A stretch of 64,000 nt of DNA from Pseudomonadota bacterium (GTDB lineage: Bacteria; Pseudomonadota; Gammaproteobacteria; Burkholderiales; SG8-39). Position 1 is the stretch's first letter; each line of letters begins with the position of its first letter. The notes under the pieces were generated by a model. That model saw only the letters and a program-made list of their open reading frames with translations, did no database searches and had not been told where the DNA came from. Below, piece after piece: positions 1 through 10,979 of this stretch. The position numbers and the translations under genes were made by a program. The stretch lies in contig JANMDK010000353.1 of NCBI GenBank assembly GCA_031376265.1, positions 16,193 to 80,192 of the forward strand. Direction: 5' to 3'.

Positions 1-2
1 TG

Positions 3-269
3 CCGACCTTTGCCGAGGAAGGCCTGGTCGGCTTCGAGATCCTCAACTGGTACGGCGTGATGGCGCCAGGGGGCACGCCCAAGGACATCGTCGGCAAGCT
101 TTCGGCCGACATCAACAAGGCCATGCGCGAGCCTGACGTCAAGGCGCGCCTCGAGGCAGTGGGCACCCAGCTGCGCGAGCTCTCGCCGGACGAATTCGGC
201 GCCTTCATGCGCGCCGAGTTGGTGAAATACGCCAAGCTCGTCAAGGACGCGCACATCCGCCTCGAATGA
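3..269 (+). CDS. Bug/TctC-family periplasmic solute-binding protein, C-terminal fragment (5' end outside window)
   Basis: The frame is open to the window edge. The sequence PTFAEEGLVGFEILNWYGVMAPGGTPKDIV...DEFGAFMRAELVKYAKLVKDA parallels the C-terminus of the complete paralogue at 1147-2139. Confidence 0.8.
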   Translation, partial: PTFAEEGLVGFEILNWYGVMAPGGTPKDIVGKLSADINKAMREPDVKARLEAVGTQLRELSPDEFGAFMRAELVKYAKLVKDAHIRLE

Positions 270-1057
270 GCGACCCGATACCGCAGCACATCCTCCTTCA
301 GCGCGACGGCGGCCTGGCCACCGTCGTCCTGAACCGCCCGGAGAAGCTCAACGCGCTGACCAAGCCCATGTGGCAGCGCCTGGGCGAAGTCTTCCGCGAG
401 CTTTCGGCGGATGACACGGTTCGCTGCATCATTCTGCGGGGCGCCGGGACGAAATCGTTCGCGCCCGGCAACGACATCTCCGAATTCGAAAACGAGCGCA
501 GCAACGTCGAGCAGGCGCGCGCCTACGGCCGCATCATGCATTCGACCATCGACGCGATCGCCAACTGCCGCCACCCGGTCGTCGCGATGATCCATGGCAT
601 CTGCGTCGGCGGCGGGATGGAGATCGCGGGCCTTGCGGACATCCGCATCTGCGGCGAGTCGTCGCGCTTCGGCGTGCCGATCAAGAACCTCGGGTTGGTG
701 ATGGCCTACGGCGAGATCGGTGCGCTGATCCAGCTTGCAGGGCGCGCCACCGCAATGGAAATCCTGCTCGAAGGCCGGGTCTTCGGCGCAGCGGAGGCCA
801 AGGAAAAAGGCCTGGTGACGCGCGTGGTGCCGGACGACCAGGTCGTAGCCGAATCGCTTGCCACGGCGGCCCGGATCGCCGAAGGCGCGCCGCTGGTCGC
901 CCGCTGGCACAAGAAATTCGCGCGGCGGCTTGCCGACCCGAAGCCTTTGACCGACGAGGAATACGACGAGGGGTTCGCGTGCTTCGGCACGCAGGATTTC
1001 CAGCTCGGCTACCAGGCCTTCCTCGCCAAGAAAAAGCCCGATTTCACAGGGCGATGA
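266..1057 (+). CDS. enoyl-CoA hydratase/isomerase (crotonase) family protein
   Basis: 263 aa. Crotonase-type segments are present: VVLNRPEKLNALT and MIHGICVGGGMEIA. The start forms an ATGA overlap with the upstream stop. Confidence 0.85.
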   Translation: MSDPIPQHILLQRDGGLATVVLNRPEKLNALTKPMWQRLGEVFRELSADDTVRCIILRGAGTKSFAPGNDISEFENERSNVEQARAYGRIMHSTIDAIANCRHPVVAMIHGICVGGGMEIAGLADIRICGESSRFGVPIKNLGLVMAYGEIGALIQLAGRATAMEILLEGRVFGAAEAKEKGLVTRVVPDDQVVAESLATAARIAEGAPLVARWHKKFARRLADPKPLTDEEYDEGFACFGTQDFQLGYQAFLAKKKPDFTGR

Positions 1058-1146
1058 GCGCAGGGGGCTCTGCTAATATTGCGCGCCCTCAGACCTGCAA
1101 TCGCCAGGCGGCCGAGCGAGCTGCCGACATCCAAGGAGACAGCCGA

Positions 1147-2139
1147 ATGAAGAAATTCCCATCGAAGCCGCTGCGCGCTTTCCTCGGCACCGCGGCCGCC
1201 TTTTCTCTCGCCGCCGCGGCGACGCTAGCGCACGCGCAGGCGTGGCCGTCGAAGCCGGTCACGATCGTGAATCCGTACGCGCCCGGCGGCGGCGTGGATG
1301 CGTTTGCGCGGCCGTTGTCGGCCAAGTACTCGACTGCGCTCGGCCAGCAGTTCCTCGTGGAGAACATCGCCGGCGCCGGCGGCACGCTCGGCGCGGCCAA
1401 TGCGGCCAAGCGCGCGGGCGACGGCTACACGTTCTTCATGGGCGCGGTCCATCACGCAATTGCCGAGAGCCTCTACACCAAGCTGCCGTACAACATCGAA
1501 AGGGATTTCGTGCCGGTGACGGTGGTGGCTTACGTGCCGAACGTGGTGGTGTTCCATCCCAAACACCCCTTCAAGACGATGAAGGAGTTCATGGACTTCG
1601 CGCGGGCTAACCCCGGCAAACTGAACTACGGGTCCGCCGGCAACGGCACGTCGCACCATCTCGCGGTGGAGTTGTTCAAGACCATGACCGGCCTGCAGGT
1701 CACGCACGTGCCGTACAAGGGGGCCGGCCCGATGATGACCGACCTGCTCGCGGGCCAGGTCGACTTCGCGTTCGACGGCATGGGCACCTCGGCCCAGCAG
1801 ATCAAGGGCGGCAAGCTGCGCCCGCTTGCGGTCACCACGGCCAAGCGCGCACCGTTGATCCCGGACGTGCCCACCATGCGTGAAGCCGGCCTCCCCGGTT
1901 ACGAGGTGACGACGTGGTACGCGCTCTGGGCAGTGAAGGGCACGCCGAAGGACGTCGTCGACCGCATGCATGCCGAAACCGTGAAAGCGTTCGGGATGCC
2001 CGACATCAAGGATTACTGGCATGCGCAGGGCGCGGATCCCGGCGGCCAGTCGCCGGCCGAGTTCGGCACTTTCCTGCGCTCCGAAATTACCAAGTGGGCC
2101 AAGGTCGTCAAGGACTCGGGCGCCAAAATAGATAACTAG
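1147..2139 (+). CDS. Bug/TctC-family periplasmic solute-binding protein
   Basis: ATG at 1147 preceded by GGAGA. Signal peptide ending AHAQA, then WPSKPVTIVNPYAPGGGVDAFARP, typical of Bug receptors. The longer ORF from 979 is a spurious N-terminal extension. Confidence 0.85.
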   Translation: MKKFPSKPLRAFLGTAAAFSLAAAATLAHAQAWPSKPVTIVNPYAPGGGVDAFARPLSAKYSTALGQQFLVENIAGAGGTLGAANAAKRAGDGYTFFMGAVHHAIAESLYTKLPYNIERDFVPVTVVAYVPNVVVFHPKHPFKTMKEFMDFARANPGKLNYGSAGNGTSHHLAVELFKTMTGLQVTHVPYKGAGPMMTDLLAGQVDFAFDGMGTSAQQIKGGKLRPLAVTTAKRAPLIPDVPTMREAGLPGYEVTTWYALWAVKGTPKDVVDRMHAETVKAFGMPDIKDYWHAQGADPGGQSPAEFGTFLRSEITKWAKVVKDSGAKIDN

Positions 2140-2180
2140 GCGAAGAGGGGGCTTGGGCCCCCTCCTCGGACCTCCCCCGA

Positions 2181-2900
2181 ATGGTTTCCCCGGCGCGAAG
2201 CGCATTCCATGAAGGTGCGCTGCACGCAGCCGGGATTCCGGCGCTGGTGTTGGCCGCCGGCTACATGGGCTTTGGCGCGCTGGCCGCCGGCAACGGGCTC
2301 ACGTTTGCCGGGACTGTCCTTTCGACGCTCTTCATCTGGGCGCTGCCGGGCCAGCTGATCCTCGTCGAAATGCACACGCTTGGCGCGCCGTTTTTCGCGG
2401 TGCTGCTCAGCGTGATGCTCTCGGCGGTGCGCTTCCTGCCGATGACGGTCGTGATGATGCCTTTGCTGCGCGAGGCGCCGCGCCCCAAGCCTCACTACTA
2501 CGCCGCTGCGCACCTCGTCTCGATGACCGGCTGGGCTTGGGCCATGGCGCGCTTTCCGGCGATCCCGCCGGAACGGCGCCTCGGCTATTTTTTCGGCTTT
2601 GCGCTGACGCTCATGGCGTCCGCGACCTCGGCCACGGCGCTGGGATTCCTCGCCGGCGACCTGCTGCCGCCGCTCGCGAAACTCGCCTTTGTCTTCATGA
2701 GCCCGATCTATTTCCTTTTAATGCTCGCCGGCAGCACCCGCGACGCGCTTGGCCGTGCCGCGATCCTTTTCGGCGCGGTCGTCGGGCCGGTCGCCCACTT
2801 TGTCACGCCGCAATGGAGCGTGATGGTCGCGGGTGTGCTGGGTGGGACGCTTGGCTATGCCACGCACCGGGCTTGGCGCAGGCGGACGCGATCCAGATGA
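2181..2900 (+). CDS. azlC: AzlC-family branched-chain amino acid exporter subunit
   Basis: 239-aa polytopic membrane protein with AzlC-like sequence, followed by an ATGA-coupled small AzlD-like partner. Confidence 0.75.
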   Translation: MVSPARSAFHEGALHAAGIPALVLAAGYMGFGALAAGNGLTFAGTVLSTLFIWALPGQLILVEMHTLGAPFFAVLLSVMLSAVRFLPMTVVMMPLLREAPRPKPHYYAAAHLVSMTGWAWAMARFPAIPPERRLGYFFGFALTLMASATSATALGFLAGDLLPPLAKLAFVFMSPIYFLLMLAGSTRDALGRAAILFGAVVGPVAHFVTPQWSVMVAGVLGGTLGYATHRAWRRRTRSR

Positions 2901-3223
2901 GTGAGTACGTGCTCCTGGTGGTTGCCTGCGGGGCGGCGACTTATCTTTGGCGCGGGCTTGGCATTGCCGTGTCGTCCAGGCTTGCGGCCGACAGCGAGCT
3001 CTTCGCGTGGGTGGGCTGCGTTGCGTTCGCGATGCTGGCCGGCTTGGTAAGCCGCATCGTGCTGATCCCCTCGGGCGCGCTCGAGCACACGGCGCTCTGG
3101 CAGCGCCTGGCCGCGACCGCCGTCTCGCTCATCGTCTATTTCGCAGTCACGAAAAAGAACCTGCTCGCCGGTGTCCTTTCCAGCGCAGCGGTGATGTACC
3201 TGCTGCTGCTGGCCGCGGGCTAG
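2897..3223 (+). CDS. azlD: AzlD-family small membrane protein
   Basis: 108 aa and hydrophobic. The ATG at 2897 overlaps the azlC stop (ATGA). The longer ORF from 2537 is the same frame read through azlC. Confidence 0.7.
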   Translation: MSEYVLLVVACGAATYLWRGLGIAVSSRLAADSELFAWVGCVAFAMLAGLVSRIVLIPSGALEHTALWQRLAATAVSLIVYFAVTKKNLLAGVLSSAAVMYLLLLAAG

Positions 3224-4443
3224 AGCGCGCCGGCCGAGCGCAGCGCCGCGATCTCGGCGTCGCTTTTCTTTAGGACGGTTCGCAGGATCTCGTCGGTATG
3301 CTGGCCGACGGTCGGCGGCGCGATTTTGTACTCGACGGGCGTGGCCGAAAAGCGCATCGGGCTGGCGACGGTCGAGAGCCTGCCCGCGACGGGATGGTCC
3401 ATCTCCACGCGGATGCCGCGCGCCTTGACCTGCGGCTCCTCGTAAACCTGCGCGAGGGTGTTGATCGGCCCGTTGGGCACGCCGGCCGCCTCGAGCACTT
3501 CCACCCACTCCCGCGTGCTGCGCTTGGAAAACACCTCCTGCAGCAGCCGCGTGAGCTCGGTCCGGTTCTCCACCCGCTTGCCGTTCGAGGCGAAGCGCGG
3601 ATCCTCGATGTACTGCGTGCAGCCCGCCGCTTCGCAGAACTTTCGGTAGAGGTTGTCATTGCCGCAGGCGAGGATCACGTCGCCGTCTGACGTCTTGAAA
3701 GGCTGGTACGGAACGATGTTCGGATGCAGGTTGCCGATGCGCTTTGGCGGCACGCCGGTCGAGAAGTAGTTGGTGTTCTGGTAGGCGAGCAACGCGATCT
3801 GCGAATCCAGCAGCGCGAGGTCGAGGTGCTGGCCGATGCCGGTTTCGGCGCGATGGGCAAGGGCCGCGCAGATCGCGATCGACGCGTACATGCCGGTGAT
3901 GATGTCGGCCACCGGCACGCCGGCGCGCTGCGGCCCGCCGCCGGGCGCGCCATCGGGCTCGCCGGTGACGCTCATCATGCCGCCCATGCCCTGCACCATG
4001 AAGTCGTAGCCGGGATGCTCCTTGTACGGCCCGGTCTGGCCGAAGCCGGTGACCGAGCAATAGATGAGCTTGGGGTTGAGCTTCTTCAGGTCGTCGTAGC
4101 CCAGGCCGTACCTCGCCAGGTCGCCGAACTTGTAGTTCTCGATCAGCACATCCGACACCTTCGCCAGTTCCTTCACGATCGCCTGGCCTTCGGGCTTGGA
4201 GAGGTTGAGCGACACCGATTTCTTGCCGCGGTTGGCGGAGGTGAAATAGGCGGAATCCTTCGAGTCCTTGCCGTCCTTGTCCTTGACCCAGGGGGGGCCG
4301 AAGGCGCGCGAGTCGTCACCGATCTTGGGACGCTCGACCTTGATGACTTCGGCGCCGAGGTCGGCGAGGTTCTGCCCGGCCCAGGGGCCCGCGAGCACGC
4401 GGGAAAGGTCGAGTACGCGGAGATGCGAGAGCGGTCCGGCCAT
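3220..4443 (-). CDS. family III CoA-transferase (CaiB/BaiF type)
   Basis: N-terminal PLSHLRVLDLSRVLAGPWAGQNLADLGAEVIKVERP signature. ATG at 4443 with AAGGAAG upstream. Confidence 0.85.
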   Translation of the reverse strand: MAGPLSHLRVLDLSRVLAGPWAGQNLADLGAEVIKVERPKIGDDSRAFGPPWVKDKDGKDSKDSAYFTSANRGKKSVSLNLSKPEGQAIVKELAKVSDVLIENYKFGDLARYGLGYDDLKKLNPKLIYCSVTGFGQTGPYKEHPGYDFMVQGMGGMMSVTGEPDGAPGGGPQRAGVPVADIITGMYASIAICAALAHRAETGIGQHLDLALLDSQIALLAYQNTNYFSTGVPPKRIGNLHPNIVPYQPFKTSDGDVILACGNDNLYRKFCEAAGCTQYIEDPRFASNGKRVENRTELTRLLQEVFSKRSTREWVEVLEAAGVPNGPINTLAQVYEEPQVKARGIRVEMDHPVAGRLSTVASPMRFSATPVEYKIAPPTVGQHTDEILRTVLKKSDAEIAALRSAGAL

Positions 4444-4503
4444 GGCGCTTCCTTGGAATTTCACAGTCCCGGATTATCCCCGGAAACCGGGTCCCGGCAG
4501 GGC

Positions 4504-5790
4504 TCAGGAAGCCCTTGCGATCTGCGGTTTCGCGCGCAGCAGGTTGCGCACGTGGCGCGAGGACGCTATCGCCTGGTTATGGGCGAACGCCTCGTGGTTG
4601 GTCTCGATCTCGTCCAGGTCATAGACGTAATTGACCATGAACCCGGCGGCCTCCCGCAGGCCCTTGGGCGAAACGTCGCCGAGCCAGTTGACGCGTTCGA
4701 GCCGGGCGCCGTTGTTGAGGTGAAAGCGCGCCACCGGATCGCGCGGCTTGCCGGAGGAGTGCTTGGCCACCAGCAGGTAAGTGGCGACGGCCTTGGAAAG
4801 CAGCGGGCGCAGCACCGTCTCGGTGTCGGCCGACCGGTACCACTCGGGCGTGCCGATCGCCTTTAGGATTCCGAGCTCGGCTTCGGGCAACTGAGCCTTC
4901 GCATCGCGTGCCAGCCACTGCGTGAAGCCGGGCACCGGCGAGAGCGTCACGAAAGTCCGCAGATGCGGCATCTCGCGGCGCAATTCCTCGACCACCTGCT
5001 TGATGAGGAAATTGCCGAACGACACGCCCTGCAGGCCGTCCTGGCAGTTGGAGATCGAATAGAACACTGCAGTGGTCGCGCGGCCGGGATCGATCGGCAA
5101 CCGCGATCCGTCGAGCAGCGGCGCGATCGAATCGGGAATCGAGCGCGTGAGCGCCACCTCGACGAAGATCAGCGGCTCATCGACCAGTGTCGGGTGGAAG
5201 AACGCGAAGCACTTGCGGTCCGGCGGGTCGAGCCGGGCGCGCAGCTCCGCCCAGCCGTTGATCTCGTGCACCGCCTCGTACTGGATGATCTTCTCGAGGA
5301 TCGAGGCCGGCGTAGACCATTCGATCCGCCGCAAATTGAGGAAGCCGCGGTTGAACCACGAAACGAAGAGGTGGCGGAAATCCGCGTCGATGCGCTTGAG
5401 CTCGGGATGGCCGCGGATTTCGCGCAGCACGTCCTCGCGCATCCGCACGAGGACTTCAGTGCCGCCGGGCGCGAGGTTCAGCCGGCGCAGCAACTCCTGC
5501 AGGCGCGCCTCCGCAGCTTCGTGCAGGCCTCGCGCCAGCTCGGGACCGGGATCGGCCTGGTATTTTGCGATTGCTTGCTCGATGCGCCTGGGCTCCGCGC
5601 CAAAGCGCTCGGCCAGAAGCTTGAGGAATTCCAGCTTCACTTCGGGCGAGGCGCTCGTATAGGCATCGAGCAGCTCCCGGGCACGCGCCACGCCGGAAGC
5701 TTCGCCGCGCTCCGAGATCAGCGCATCTGCGAGCACGCCGAGCTCTTCCCAGCGGGAGGAGAAGAGCCTGCTGAGGAATCGCGGCGCCAT
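4504..5790 (-). CDS. malonyl-CoA decarboxylase (MCD family)
   Basis: 428 aa. C-terminal FHLNNGARLERVNWLGDVSPKGLREAAGFMVNYVYD is characteristic of the MCD family. Confidence 0.8.
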   Translation of the reverse strand: MAPRFLSRLFSSRWEELGVLADALISERGEASGVARARELLDAYTSASPEVKLEFLKLLAERFGAEPRRIEQAIAKYQADPGPELARGLHEAAEARLQELLRRLNLAPGGTEVLVRMREDVLREIRGHPELKRIDADFRHLFVSWFNRGFLNLRRIEWSTPASILEKIIQYEAVHEINGWAELRARLDPPDRKCFAFFHPTLVDEPLIFVEVALTRSIPDSIAPLLDGSRLPIDPGRATTAVFYSISNCQDGLQGVSFGNFLIKQVVEELRREMPHLRTFVTLSPVPGFTQWLARDAKAQLPEAELGILKAIGTPEWYRSADTETVLRPLLSKAVATYLLVAKHSSGKPRDPVARFHLNNGARLERVNWLGDVSPKGLREAAGFMVNYVYDLDEIETNHEAFAHNQAIASSRHVRNLLRAKPQIARAS

Positions 5791-5907
5791 CCGCGTGAAG
5801 ATAGCACAACGACAAGCGCCATCGGAAAGTGCCGGGCGCTACTGACATTTATATGCCTAACCTCTAGTCCTGGCGCGCCTCTCCGGGTAACTTGCTGACA
5901 TTTTAGG

Positions 5908-6714
5908 CTACCACAGCGCGATCACCATGCGGATCGCGATGAAGTAAAGCATCAGCACGAACACGATGCGCAGCTGCTTCACCGGCATCTTCTGCGAGAC
6001 GCGCGCCCCCATCGGCGCAGTCAGCACGCTTGGCACGACGATCATCGCCAGCGCCGGCAGGTAGATGAAGCCGAGGCTCCAGGCCGGCAGCGGCCCGGCC
6101 TGCCGGCCCGCAAGGATGTAGCCGAGGCTCGCCGCCACGCCGAGCGGAAAGCCGATGGCCGCCGCGGTGCCGACCGCGCGCTTGAGCGGCACATTGCACC
6201 AGGTCATGAACGGGATGGTCATGAACGCCGCGCCTGCGGCGAGGAAGGCGGCCAGGAAGGAGACGGTCGCGCCGACGGCGGCGAGGCCCGCCCGGCCCGG
6301 AAGCTTGCGCGTGCCGGCCGGTTTCAGGTCGAAGAACATCGAGGTCGCCGCATAAAAAATGAATGCCGCGAAGAAAATCGCGAGCGGCCGCCCGGGCACT
6401 TTTCCGGCGACGAGGCCGGCGGCAATCGCGCCGATGGCGAGGCCCGGCAGCATGCCTTTCACAATCGTCCAGTCGACGCCGCCGCGCGAGGCGTGTGCAC
6501 TGACGCTTGCAAACGAAGTGAACGGGATCGTCGCCATGGAGGTCGCCAGCGCCATGTGCATGAGGTGGTCCGGCGGAAAACCGGTCTCGGCGCCCTGCGC
6601 GCCGAACACGAAGAGCAGGATCGGCACCATCACCATGCCGCCGCCGATGCCGAGGAGGCCGGCCATGAAGCCGACGATCGCGCCGATCGCCGGGTAGAGC
6701 CACCAGTACTCCAT
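5908..6714 (-). CDS. TauE/SafE (TSUP) family anion exporter
   Basis: 268-aa polytopic membrane protein with GLLGIGGGMVMVPILL, typical of the family. Confidence 0.8.
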   Translation of the reverse strand: MEYWWLYPAIGAIVGFMAGLLGIGGGMVMVPILLFVFGAQGAETGFPPDHLMHMALATSMATIPFTSFASVSAHASRGGVDWTIVKGMLPGLAIGAIAAGLVAGKVPGRPLAIFFAAFIFYAATSMFFDLKPAGTRKLPGRAGLAAVGATVSFLAAFLAAGAAFMTIPFMTWCNVPLKRAVGTAAAIGFPLGVAASLGYILAGRQAGPLPAWSLGFIYLPALAMIVVPSVLTAPMGARVSQKMPVKQLRIVFVLMLYFIAIRMVIALW

Positions 6715-6716
6715 CG

Positions 6717-7499
6717 CTAGTCCGCCAGCAGGCGGTCGACGAGTTCGGCGAACCCTGCGCCGGCCTCGGCAAGGGTGACGTACGCCGGCGGCGGGTTCAG
6801 GCGGCCGGCGAAGCGCTGCACGTTGGCGACGCCGACCGACGCCGGGAAGTACGCAAACATCGGCGAGTCGTTCGGTGAATCGCCGGCATACGCGAATTCT
6901 CCCCGCCTGGCATCGAGATCCAGGCCAAGCACTTCAGCAGCCACGGTCTTTGCCATGCCGAGCTTGTCGTAGTTGCCGAACCAGCCGTTGACATGGATCG
7001 AGCTGATCTTCGCGGTCATGCCTTCGGCGCGCATCAGGTCGGCGATGCGCTCGGCGTCCGAGATCCGCAGCGGCGGAACGTCCTCGCAGAAGTCGATCGC
7101 GAGGTCGGTTTCGCGATAAAGCTGGTCCGAAGCAAGGGCGCTCCCGGGCACGGCCGAGAGGATGCGCGCTCCGATGGCGCCGAGGCGCGCGCGGTTAGCT
7201 GCGCGCGTGGTGTCGTCATGCAGGAAGCGCTTCACCAGCAGGCGACGGGCGGCGTCGTAGCGAAAATAGAAGGCGCCGTTTTCTCCGACCACGGCATCGA
7301 CCGGCCACATGCGAGCAATGTGGTCGCACCATCCCGCAGGGCGCCCGGTCACCGGCACCGCGATTTTTCCCGCAGCCTTCCAGCGCTCGAGTGCAGCATA
7401 GGCCTGCGACGTCAGCCGGCCTTCGCTGGTGAGCGTGTCGTCGATGTCGAAGAAAAGGCCGCCGATGCCGGCAGCAGAAAGCTGCGATAGGGGGCGCAT
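6717..7499 (-). CDS. HAD-superfamily (IIB-like) phosphatase
   Basis: HAD motif I FFDIDDTLT and motif IV GDSPNDSPMF. 260 aa. Confidence 0.7.
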   Translation of the reverse strand: MRPLSQLSAAGIGGLFFDIDDTLTSEGRLTSQAYAALERWKAAGKIAVPVTGRPAGWCDHIARMWPVDAVVGENGAFYFRYDAARRLLVKRFLHDDTTRAANRARLGAIGARILSAVPGSALASDQLYRETDLAIDFCEDVPPLRISDAERIADLMRAEGMTAKISSIHVNGWFGNYDKLGMAKTVAAEVLGLDLDARRGEFAYAGDSPNDSPMFAYFPASVGVANVQRFAGRLNPPPAYVTLAEAGAGFAELVDRLLAD

Positions 7500-7505
7500 C
7501 AGAAT

Positions 7506-9002
7506 CTAGGCCGAGCGGCCCACCAGCCACTGCGCCAGGCGCTCGGCTTGGGCGGCGCTGAGGTGCAGGCCGGTCTTGGTACGGCGCCAGAGCACGTCTT
7601 CGGCGGAGAGCGCCCATTCGTTGTCGACCAGGTATTGCACCTCTCGCGCATAAAGGCCCGCGCCGAAGTGCTCGCCGAGATCGGCCTCGCTGCGCGCATC
7701 GCCAAGCACGGTCGAAGTCAGCGCACCGTGCCGGCGGAACATCCCTTCCAAGGCCTCGCCGGGGAGCTGGGGATAGTGCGCGCGAAGCTTGGCCAACGCT
7801 ACTTCGCGCGTGCCGGCGAACTCGCTGCCCGGCAGCCTGGTCTTGTCTGTCCACGCCGGCTTGAGCCCCGGAAAATACGGCGCGAGCTTCTCCATTGCAT
7901 GCTCGGCGAGGCGACGGTAGGTCGTGATCTTGCCGCCGAAGACCGAAAGCACGGCCATCGCCCCCTGGTCGTCGTCGATTCGCAATGTGTAGTCGCGCGT
8001 GACGGCGGAAGGGTCGCTCGTGCCGTCGTCGTAGAGCGGGCGTATGCCGGCATAGCCCCATACGACCTCCGCGGGCGTGACGGGCTTGGCGAGGTAGCGA
8101 TTCACCGCGCGGCACAAGTAGGCGACTTCCTCGTCGCTCGCCCGTGGATGGCCGGGATCGCCTTTCACCTGCACGTCGGTCGTGCCGATCAGCGTGAACC
8201 GGCCTTCGTACGGGATCATGAACACGACGCGCTTGTCGTCGTTCTGCAGGATGAAGGCGTGCTCGCCCTCGTACACCCTGGGCACCACGATGTGGCTGCC
8301 CTTGACGAGGCGCACGTTGTCGCGGCTGGGCTGGTCGAGGTGGGCGTTGAGGACTTCCTTCACCCACGGGCCTGCGGCATTAATCACGGCCTTGGCGCTG
8401 ACCTCGCGCATCGATCCATCTGCCGCCTGGATCTGCGCATGCCAGAGCCGGTCGACGCCATTCCTGCGCGCGCTCACGCACGTGGTGCGCGTGAGGATCG
8501 TTGCGCCGAGCCGCTTCGCGTCGAGCGCATTTGCAACGACGAGTCTGGCGTCATCGACGCGGCAATCGGAATAGATGAATCCCTTGCGCAGCGACGCCTT
8601 GAGGCCCGCGTTGTACGGCGCCTCAGCCAGACTCACGCCTTCGGAGCCCGGCAGCGAGGTGCGGCTGCCGAGATGGTCGTAGAGGAAAAGCCCGATGCGG
8701 ATCATCCAGCGCGGTCGCAGCTCCGGCACATGCGGCATGATGAAGCGCGCCGGCCAGACCAGATGCCCGGCGATGTCGAGCAGCACTTCGCGCTCGGCCA
8801 GCGCCTCGCCGACAAGGCGGAATTCGTATTGCTCGAGATAGCGCAGGCCACCGTGGATCAGCTTGGAAGACCACGACGAGGTATGCGAGGCGAGGTCGTC
8901 TTTCTCGACCACGAGGACCGAAAGCCCCCGGCCGGCCGCATCGCGCGCGATGCCGATGCCGTTGATGCCGCCGCCGACGACGAGGAGATCGTAGCTATCC
9001 AT
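7506..9002 (-). CDS. glpD: aerobic glycerol-3-phosphate dehydrogenase
   Basis: FAD fold YDLLVVGGGINGIGIARDAAGRG with GlpD-like sequence throughout. I take the start at ATG 9002 because the longer ORF (to 9056) runs into the atp terminator hairpin. Confidence 0.9.
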   Translation of the reverse strand: MDSYDLLVVGGGINGIGIARDAAGRGLSVLVVEKDDLASHTSSWSSKLIHGGLRYLEQYEFRLVGEALAEREVLLDIAGHLVWPARFIMPHVPELRPRWMIRIGLFLYDHLGSRTSLPGSEGVSLAEAPYNAGLKASLRKGFIYSDCRVDDARLVVANALDAKRLGATILTRTTCVSARRNGVDRLWHAQIQAADGSMREVSAKAVINAAGPWVKEVLNAHLDQPSRDNVRLVKGSHIVVPRVYEGEHAFILQNDDKRVVFMIPYEGRFTLIGTTDVQVKGDPGHPRASDEEVAYLCRAVNRYLAKPVTPAEVVWGYAGIRPLYDDGTSDPSAVTRDYTLRIDDDQGAMAVLSVFGGKITTYRRLAEHAMEKLAPYFPGLKPAWTDKTRLPGSEFAGTREVALAKLRAHYPQLPGEALEGMFRRHGALTSTVLGDARSEADLGEHFGAGLYAREVQYLVDNEWALSAEDVLWRRTKTGLHLSAAQAERLAQWLVGRSA

Positions 9003-9030
9003 CGGTTCCCGGCCCGGTTCTGATGCCGCC

Positions 9031-9066
9031 TCCAAATGAAAAGGGGCAGCTCGCACTGCCCCTTTG
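9031..9066 (-). terminator. intrinsic terminator downstream of atpC
   Basis: On the minus strand: AAAGGGGCAG-TGCGAG-CTGCCCCTTT (10-bp stem) followed by TTCATTT. It lies 23 nt after the atpC stop. Confidence 0.7.
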
Positions 9067-9088
9067 CACCGCTACCACGGGCAAATCC

Positions 9089-9510
9089 CTAGCGTTTCTG
9101 CCGCAGCTTGCGGATCGCCGCAATCTGCGCCGCGGCTTCGGCGAGCTCGGCCGCGGCCTTGGCGTATTCCATCTTGCCGCTGCGATCGTGCATCGCTTCC
9201 TGCGCGCGCTTCTGCGCTTCGAGCGCCTTGGCTTCGTCGAGGTCCTGGCCGCGGATGGCGGTGTCGGCGAGGACCGTCACCACCTTGGGCTGCACTTCTA
9301 GGATGCCGCCGGCGACGAAAATCAATTCCTCGGGACCGTCGCCCGCGGGCTTGATGCGCACCGTGCCCGGCTTGATGCGCGTGATCAGCGGCGTATGGCG
9401 CGGGTAGATGCCGAGCTCGCCCGCCTCGCCCGGCAGGACGACGAACTCCGCCTCGCCCGAGTAGATCTGCTCTTCGGCGCTGACGACGTCGACGTGGATG
9501 GTGTTGGCCA

Positions 9511-9511
<1 letters not shown>
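9089..9511 (-). CDS. atpC: F1 ATP synthase epsilon subunit
   Basis: 140 aa, last gene of the atp operon, with epsilon-like sequence ([22 protein letters not shown]). Confidence 0.95.
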
Positions 9512-10899
<1,388 letters not shown>

Positions 10900-10919
10900 C
10901 TAGTAATTCAGATTCGTTG

Positions 10920-10968
10920 GATCCCTCTTTTGAGCGGATGAAAATGCCATCCGCTCAAAAGAGGGATC
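10920..10968. repeat. perfect 21-bp inverted repeat (hairpin) in the atpG-atpD spacer
   Basis: GATCCCTCTTTTGAGCGGATG (10920-10940), 7-nt loop AAAATGC, then CATCCGCTCAAAAGAGGGATC (10948-10968). The arms are exact reverse complements. Confidence 0.9.
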
Positions 10969-10979
10969 TTGTGTAAAAG

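Noticed and set aside
10919-10924. The GGATCC (BamHI) site and lacO-like GAGCGGAT string in the atpG-atpD hairpin as a sign of a cloning artefact
   Set aside because: Short chance matches only. The flanking sequence is contiguous native atp operon with no vector-like sequence.
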